Assembly: GCA_011050235.1 (NCBI GenBank)
Contig: DRGC01000021.1
Coordinates: 6,081 to 70,080, forward strand
Direction: 5' to 3'
Length of the DNA stretch: 64,000 nucleotides
DNA from: Phycisphaerae bacterium
Lineage (GTDB): Bacteria; Planctomycetota; Phycisphaerae; SM23-33
In this document: in pieces, positions 58,710 to 64,000 of the stretch
Layout of the letters: each line of letters begins with the position of its first letter
Numbering within the stretch: the first letter of the stretch is position 1
The notes under the pieces: generated by a model
What the model saw: only the letters and a program-made list of their open reading frames with translations
Databases searched by the model: none
Told to the model about the DNA's origin: nothing
Made by a program: the position numbers and the translations under genes

Positions 58710-60105
58710 TTCGGTGATAGGTCCATCGGCGGCGGGCGTTGAGATAGCTGAAGGCCTGCTCGGTCCTGACCGTGACGGGCTCGACGGCGAAGGCGGTTCG
58801 CACCTGTTGCCGCCGGCGGACGTCGTGAAAAACCAGCACGCGCCGCGGGTCCTTTCTTGTGTCGGTCGCCTCCATCAGCACGACGGCGTTGATGACGCTG
58901 TCGCCGCGCTTGGGCACGTGCGTGAATACGCGCACCTCCCGCACCGCCCCGCTGGACAGCGGAAATGCGAACAGCCGCGCCATCGAGTACGTCATCCCCT
59001 CGAACCGCATCTCCACCGCCCCCTCGCCGATCGGGTCGAACGTGACGATTGTCTGGTTCGTCTCGGGCGATTCGGGCATCAGGACGATCCGGGTGCCGCC
59101 GCGGAACACAAGCGTCGGCTGGAGGACGATGGCCTTGGCGACGCGGACCTCCTTGCCCGGAAGGACGTGGATGTCGATCGTCAGCACCGACCGACCACCC
59201 AGCCGCCGCAGGCCCAGCTCGATCTTGTCGATCTTGTCCCACTGGCCGATCAGTTGCTGGAAGAAGTGGACGCTTTTCGGCCCCCAGGACGAGATCATGC
59301 GGACAATCTTGGCCGTCTTGCCTTCGCCCACCGACGGCGGGGCCTTGCCGACCGCATCGGCGAGCAGCTCATCGAGCGCTAACTGCAGCGTGTCCATCCG
59401 GTCGGCCTGGCGCATCACACTGACCAGTCCCGCGCGCAGGTCGGGCGGCAGTTGTCGTCCGGCCAGGTCGAAGCTCACCTTCAGCGCTAACTGCGTCAGC
59501 ACGGTGCGCAGGCGGCCTACATCGTCGGCCGTCAGGTCGCCCAGCAGGCTGCCGTCGGCGTTCTCGTTGATGTAGAGCGCCAGCATTTTCAGCAGCGGAC
59601 CGGCGGCCAGGCCGGTTGGGTCCTTGCCCATCTCCCCCGTCTCGTCGAGGTCGTCGAGGCTGACCATCCGGGCGATCTTCTCGACCTGAACGAGCGTCTT
59701 GGCCATCGTCTCGGCCCAGCGCTCGCTATGCCCGCTGCGGGAGGCATCGGTGAGTTTCGCCAGGCCCGCCAGCATCTCGCCGACCATGTCCAGCAGGTTG
59801 ACCATCGCCTCGGCGTGGACGGGGCTGACGGCGAAGGATATCTCCTTGGGCTGGGTCTCCAGCTCGTCCAGCGCGCGGACAATGGTGACGGTCGACCAGA
59901 TCACGCTGGGGTGTTGGTGAATGGTCCACTTGGCGGGGAAGCGTCGCCCGGCGATGGTCGGCTGGACATACTCGGCCGCGGCGGCGACGTTCTCGCTGAG
60001 CGACCAGGCCGCATCCAACTCGCCCTCGGCCAGCGGTTGGCTGGGGATGCAGCCGCTTGCGACGGCGGCTGCGAGACATGCGATAACCAGCGGGGCGACT
60101 TTCAT
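58687..60105 (-). CDS. hypothetical lipoprotein (472 aa)
   Basis: Signal plus lipobox (VASGCIP). Non-junk composition. No recognised family. Confidence 0.5.
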   Translation of the reverse strand: MKVAPLVIACLAAAVASGCIPSQPLAEGELDAAWSLSENVAAAAEYVQPTIAGRRFPAKWTIHQHPSVIWSTVTIVRALDELETQPKEISFAVSPVHAEAMVNLLDMVGEMLAGLAKLTDASRSGHSERWAETMAKTLVQVEKIARMVSLDDLDETGEMGKDPTGLAAGPLLKMLALYINENADGSLLGDLTADDVGRLRTVLTQLALKVSFDLAGRQLPPDLRAGLVSVMRQADRMDTLQLALDELLADAVGKAPPSVGEGKTAKIVRMISSWGPKSVHFFQQLIGQWDKIDKIELGLRRLGGRSVLTIDIHVLPGKEVRVAKAIVLQPTLVFRGGTRIVLMPESPETNQTIVTFDPIGEGAVEMRFEGMTYSMARLFAFPLSSGAVREVRVFTHVPKRGDSVINAVVLMEATDTRKDPRRVLVFHDVRRRQQVRTAFAVEPVTVRTEQAFSYLNARRRWTYHRIKELVPR

Positions 60106-60129
60106 GGTTGGCCTCGTCGTCGGCGCGCG

Positions 60130-61095
60130 TCAGCGATTAGCCTTGTCGGTGCGGAGACGCTGGGCGGTCTCGCGCAGTTGGCGTTCGGTGCGGTCGCGGG
60201 GGAACTCGGTCCCGTCAAAAAGCGCTTTGGCGATCTGGTCCCACGAGGTGACCACCTGGACGGCGTTGTCCAGGTCGCGAAGATCGTTCGCCAGGTCCTC
60301 GTAGGGCTCGTGAACGTCGGTGTCTGGTATCCGGACGATCAGGAACGCCTTCAGCCCGTTGTCGTGGTAGGCGGCGGCGTCGGAGATCTTGTCGCCGATG
60401 CCGATCGTCAGGCCCTCGAACTTGACCCGCAGGTCCCACAGCGCGTCGGTCTTATAGCTGCCGCTACCCTTGAAGAACCCCGTCAGCGTCGACAGCAGCA
60501 CCGGCCCCGGCGGATAGCCGTGACGCTTGAGCCACTTCTTGCTCTTGATCGAGAAGTAGTCGGGCCGGTGGGTGAGGTAGAGGATCGTATACGTCCGGGC
60601 CAGCCTTTCGAGCACGTCGACCGAGCCGGCCATGGGGTCGGGGTCGCCGATGAGGACCGCCCCGAACCCCGAGGCGACGATGGTCTTGTCCAGGTCGACC
60701 ACGACCATGGGCGAGTCGATATTGCGACAGGCCACCAGCAACTCTTGCGGCTCGGGCGGCTCGTCGGGCATGCCGGCGGGGGCGACATCGGCGCGGAAAC
60801 GATAATCGCCCGCCTGGTCGGGTGTGAACGAGACGATCGCGACGCCGTCGTCGTCGGTTTCGGCAGCCTTGAACAACTGGTCGTTGCGGTAAAACCGCAC
60901 GACCTGGCCCGCCATAGGCCGAAGCGCGTCACCGCCCTGCAGACGCGCGCGGAGCTGCACTTCCTGGTTCGGCAGTGTGATGGCGTCGGCGGCGATGAAC
61001 AGGTAATCGGACTCGGTGCCAAGCAACCAGCGCTGAGTGCCGCACCCGCCCCCCGACGCACTAACGAGCAGAAGCAAGGTAAGCAGTCGCTTCAT
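60130..61095 (-). CDS. HAD-superfamily phosphatase-like lipoprotein (App1/DUF2183-like)
   Basis: Lipobox GGGCG. N-terminal beta-rich domain. HAD motif I VVVDLDKTIV, motif II LYLTHRP, and motif IV-like GIGDKISD. Confidence 0.55.
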   Translation of the reverse strand: MKRLLTLLLLVSASGGGCGTQRWLLGTESDYLFIAADAITLPNQEVQLRARLQGGDALRPMAGQVVRFYRNDQLFKAAETDDDGVAIVSFTPDQAGDYRFRADVAPAGMPDEPPEPQELLVACRNIDSPMVVVDLDKTIVASGFGAVLIGDPDPMAGSVDVLERLARTYTILYLTHRPDYFSIKSKKWLKRHGYPPGPVLLSTLTGFFKGSGSYKTDALWDLRVKFEGLTIGIGDKISDAAAYHDNGLKAFLIVRIPDTDVHEPYEDLANDLRDLDNAVQVVTSWDQIAKALFDGTEFPRDRTERQLRETAQRLRTDKANR

Positions 61096-61249
61096 GAGGT
61101 AGCTCCCACGCGGTCGGCGCTAGTATAGCGCCGCCGCCGGGCCAGGTCAACGAGCGGCGGGGAAGATGTTTTGCGATTGCTCGCCGCCGGCGCAGGTCTT
61201 ACGATGTGGCCGTCTGAGATCGTCGCGCCCCTCTCTCCCGGGTGATGCC

Positions 61250-62161
61250 ATGCGAAGAAACGTTCGGCAGATCATCGTGTGCTGTCTGGCCATGGCGGCT
61301 GGGGTCGGCTGCAGAGCGCCGGTCCTGTCGATCATTCACGTCCTGCCGGCGGCCGTGCCCCTCGACGCCGATGTCGCTGCGCTAAACGTCGAGACCTTCA
61401 CGCTCCGCGAGGGGCGAAACGAGGAACTGGCCCTATTCTTGGCGCAGGTGCTGCAGCTTCGCCTGGCTGAATATGCCGAGCGCAGGGGCCGCGATCCCCT
61501 CGGCCTGTCGGCGACCGTTGGCGGGGAGATCCACGTGGTCATCACCAACACCGAAGCGCAGCGCCCGATCCGCGTTTGGGACCCCGCCAGGGGCCAGGCG
61601 ACCACGCAGATCGCCCCGAGCTTGGTCCGCCAGGCGGAGGTGATCGTCGTGTTTGCCATCGGGCGAGGAGGTCCGAGCAGAGAGCCGGTGAAGGTCGAGG
61701 TGCGCCGGTCGTACGATTCGCGCAACGACCCGGCCGTCTGGGGCCCGTTGGGGCTGGCTCGCCCCGACGATCCGGCCGGCGTACCCGAGGCCGACGACAT
61801 CGTTCACACGCTTCTGATCGAGTGCGCCGATGCGCTGGTGGCGATGATCCAGCCGCTGGAGATCCATGTCGAACTGCCCATGCGGTGGACGCGCGGCCCG
61901 GGCGCATCCGCCGGTCTGGCCGCGGCCAGGCGAGGCGAATACATCCGGGCGGCGGAGCATTTTCAGTGGGCGGCGGCCAATCGCGGCGAGAGCGTGAAGG
62001 TGCTGTTCGACTTGGCGGCTGTGGCCGAGGCAGGGGGGCAACTGAGCCTGGCGCTGGAGAACTATCGCAAGGTGGCCGAGTTGACGGAGAATGAGGACCG
62101 CCCGGCCATCGAGGGGGCCGAGCGCGTCGATCGGATCATGCGCCGGTTGTCGGCCCCGTAA
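61250..62161 (+). CDS. hypothetical lipoprotein (304 aa) with a C-terminal helical (TPR-like?) region
   Basis: Start at MRRNVRQIIVCCLAMAAGVGC (lipobox). The upstream track residues are junk. No family recognised. Confidence 0.45.
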   Translation: MRRNVRQIIVCCLAMAAGVGCRAPVLSIIHVLPAAVPLDADVAALNVETFTLREGRNEELALFLAQVLQLRLAEYAERRGRDPLGLSATVGGEIHVVITNTEAQRPIRVWDPARGQATTQIAPSLVRQAEVIVVFAIGRGGPSREPVKVEVRRSYDSRNDPAVWGPLGLARPDDPAGVPEADDIVHTLLIECADALVAMIQPLEIHVELPMRWTRGPGASAGLAAARRGEYIRAAEHFQWAAANRGESVKVLFDLAAVAEAGGQLSLALENYRKVAELTENEDRPAIEGAERVDRIMRRLSAP

Positions 62162-62188
62162 CCGGCGGCATCCCTGGCCGCCCCGGCG

Positions 62189-63046
62189 TCACTCGCCGGC
62201 GCCTACCGTTTCGATGAGCAGTTTGTGCATCTGCGCGAACCGGTCCGTATCGGGATCCCGCTCCGTTGACGTGAAGCCCGCGTAGGCGTCATCGGTCTCG
62301 ATCATGCCCTTGGCGTCGGCGATTCGCTCGCCGCTGGCGGGGTGGCTCGAGAACAGTTGGTCCAGCATGCCGGGCTCGCTCTCCTTCAGATTCAGCAGGA
62401 CCGTCAGCAGTTCGACCATCCCCCAGGGGTTGTAACCGGCCCGCGTCATGTATTCCATGCCGTACTTGTCGGCCTCGAGTTCATCCTTGCGGCTGTAACT
62501 CATTGAGGCCATTGTCGCAACGACTTCTGTGACGGCCTCCGCGGCGCCGGCGTTCTCGCCGGCCATGCTCCCGGCGATCTTGATCAGCAGGGCCGTGCCC
62601 ATCTGTCGCTGCATGCCCATGACGTTGTGCATCGCGGCGACGTGGGCGGTTTCGTGGCCCAGCACGGCCGCCAGTTGGCGCTCGTTGCTCATCAGCCGCA
62701 TCAGCCCGGCGGTGACGAAGATCTTCCCGCCCGGCAGGGCGAACGCGTTGGGAACATCGGACTTTACGAGCGTGTACTCGTAGGGCATCTGGCGATCGGA
62801 GACGGCGGCGAGCTTGTTGCCCACCATGCGAACGTAAGCCAGCAGTTGCTCGTTAGGCACGCGCCCGCCGAACTCCTCCTCGAACTTCGGGGCGGCCTCG
62901 ACGCCCATGGCGATCTCCTGGTCCTGGGAGATGAAGATGGGCATCGGCTTACCGGTGGCCGGGTTGGTGGTGCAGCCGCCGACGAACAGGGATGCCGACA
63001 AGACGGCCAGTGCGGCACGTGCTCCAATGGACAAGCGTCTGGACAT
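62189..63046 (-). CDS. M48-family zinc metallopeptidase lipoprotein (BepA/YcaL-like)
   Basis: Lipobox VGGCT. HExxH in GHETAHVAAMH plus a downstream Glu (EADKYG). Confidence 0.85.
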   Translation of the reverse strand: MSRRLSIGARAALAVLSASLFVGGCTTNPATGKPMPIFISQDQEIAMGVEAAPKFEEEFGGRVPNEQLLAYVRMVGNKLAAVSDRQMPYEYTLVKSDVPNAFALPGGKIFVTAGLMRLMSNERQLAAVLGHETAHVAAMHNVMGMQRQMGTALLIKIAGSMAGENAGAAEAVTEVVATMASMSYSRKDELEADKYGMEYMTRAGYNPWGMVELLTVLLNLKESEPGMLDQLFSSHPASGERIADAKGMIETDDAYAGFTSTERDPDTDRFAQMHKLLIETVGAGE

Positions 63047-63077
63047 GGCTCGACCCTTTCCGGTCTGTCAAACGATG

Positions 63078-64000
63078 CTATGCATGGATTATGTCGGCGA
63101 CGGTGAGATTTTCAATGCCCGCCTCGCTTCGGGCCAGCACGCTTTGAACGGCGCGGGCGATTTCCGGCTGACCCGGCGGGGTCTGCGGGTCGGCATACGC
63201 GCAGTCGACACGCAGAATATCGGCCACGCGCGTGTGGTCGGCGGGCGTGGCGGGCAGGTAGGCGCGGGTGTCGGCGACGCGATAGATCATCCCCGCCGAC
63301 GTCAGCCGCCTCAGCAGGCCGTCGACGGCGTCCCTCGGCCCGGCCAGCATCGCCGCAACGTCATCGGCCGAGACCGGGCCTGATTGGGCGGCGTTGATGC
63401 GGGCGACGGCAACGACGGCTGCGAGCATGTCCCAAGGCCCCCACAGGTGCGCGCGGTCCTGCTCGGCGTAGGCCATTCGGTCCAGGTTGGCGGCCGTGTG
63501 CGCCAGTTGTGCGCCGAACAGGAAGATCCACCACGACGCGTTCAGCCACATCAGGAATAGCGGAATCAGCCCCAACGCGCCGTAGACGCTTCTGCCGGCG
63601 ACGTGTCCGACGTACAGCACCAGCGCCCAGCGGGCGACCAGCCATAATGGAAAGGCCACGGCCGCCCCTGTCGCCGCCGCCCGTAGCGGCACGCGCGTGT
63701 TGGGCATGAGCTGATAGACAAACGTCAACACCCCGGCGCCTACGATCAGCCCGGCGATCCACCCCAGCGGGCCCATCATCCAGCCGATCACGGGAACGCC
63801 CTGGACGGCTTGGCCCGCCTTGTCGGCCGCCAGCGACGCCAGCAGCACCAGCAGCGGCGCCAATGTCAGCACTGACCAGTACAGCAGCACGCGCCGCCCC
63901 GGCGAGCGGGCGCGGGGGGCCTCAAAGATGCGGTTGAGGCTCCGCTCGACCGTCATCAACAGCGCCAGCGCCGTCCAGATCAGCAGCGCTACGCCGACGG
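63078..64000 (-). CDS. YihY/BrkB-family inner-membrane protein, C-terminal ~300 aa; the N-terminus lies beyond the window end
   Basis: Multi-TM with the YihY-type motif region (WVYQLMPNTRVPLRAA...GLIPLFLMWLNASWWIFLFGAQLA). The reading frame stays open through position 64000 (...VGVALLIWTALALLMTVERS...), so the track start at 63959 (TTG) is internal. Confidence 0.8.
   Translation of the reverse strand, partial: VGVALLIWTALALLMTVERSLNRIFEAPRARSPGRRVLLYWSVLTLAPLLVLLASLAADKAGQAVQGVPVIGWMMGPLGWIAGLIVGAGVLTFVYQLMPNTRVPLRAAATGAAVAFPLWLVARWALVLYVGHVAGRSVYGALGLIPLFLMWLNASWWIFLFGAQLAHTAANLDRMAYAEQDRAHLWGPWDMLAAVVAVARINAAQSGPVSADDVAAMLAGPRDAVDGLLRRLTSAGMIYRVADTRAYLPATPADHTRVADILRVDCAYADPQTPPGQPEIARAVQSVLARSEAGIENLTVADIIHA

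Noticed and set aside
1-64000. CRISPR arrays, rRNA/tRNA genes, transposases or integrases
   Set aside because: Intergenic gaps were scanned by eye. No repeat-spacer arrays, no tRNA T-loop consensus, and no transposase or integrase-like ORFs were seen. Absence is stated with the caveat that no covariance-model or HMM search was possible.

Overview
High-GC (~65-70%) chromosomal segment of a Planctomycetota-like bacterium. The lineage is inferred from DUF1559 proteins with the H-X9-DG signature, a PEP-CTERM FGE-sulfatase protein and many Cys-lipoproteins. About 56 protein-coding genes are supported. No rRNA, tRNA, CRISPR, transposase or integrase was recognised, so this reads as core chromosome rather than an accessory island.

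Main content from start to end:
- MoxR ATPase (partial), riboflavin synthase and PdxA.
- A secreted alpha/beta hydrolase, a HIT protein and a dGTPase-like HD protein.
- A minus-strand heat-shock supercluster: groEL2, a small CxxC ORF, groES, groEL1, dnaJ, grpE, an FmdB zinc-ribbon protein and a large membrane protein.
- A PEP-CTERM FGE-sulfatase protein, a DUF1559 pseudopilin-like protein and MutS.
- An MNT/HepT toxin-antitoxin pair.
- An ArsR-DUF6132-CoADR/rhodanese-AhpD redox operon followed by a metallophosphoesterase.
- MscS, a HIBADH-family dehydrogenase and an NmrA-like SDR protein.
- An orphan parB with three perfect parS palindromes directly upstream, then asnB.
- A dimeric dUTPase-like protein, DegP/HtrA plus an adjacent PDZ pseudo-protease, HflX and RNase Y.
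- A formate dehydrogenase cluster. It has a NuoE-like gamma subunit, a NuoF-like beta subunit carrying the extra Fe-S domains of bifurcating-family B subunits, and a Cys-type molybdopterin alpha subunit. It is followed by a small unknown ORF, fdhD and a WtpA/ModA-type molybdate/tungstate ABC transporter.
- IspG, a Gfo/Idh/MocA oxidoreductase, a Zn-ADH and a Trm112-ribbon SAM methyltransferase.
- A lipoprotein cluster with two tandem NPP/alkaline-phosphatase paralogs, a HAD-like phosphatase, an M48 peptidase and unknown lipoproteins.
- A partial YihY/BrkB gene running off the 3' end.

Noteworthy non-coding signals:
- Three parS sites.
- A (CATTCAG)5 heptamer array in a chaperone-cluster leader.
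- An 87-bp AT-rich hairpin (MITE-like) with an associated direct repeat between convergent hflX and rny.
- An 867-bp gene-free divergent region upstream of the FDH operon.
- An AT-rich operator-like island at the arsR start.

All calls are based on reading the translated ORFs and the raw sequence. No database search was run.
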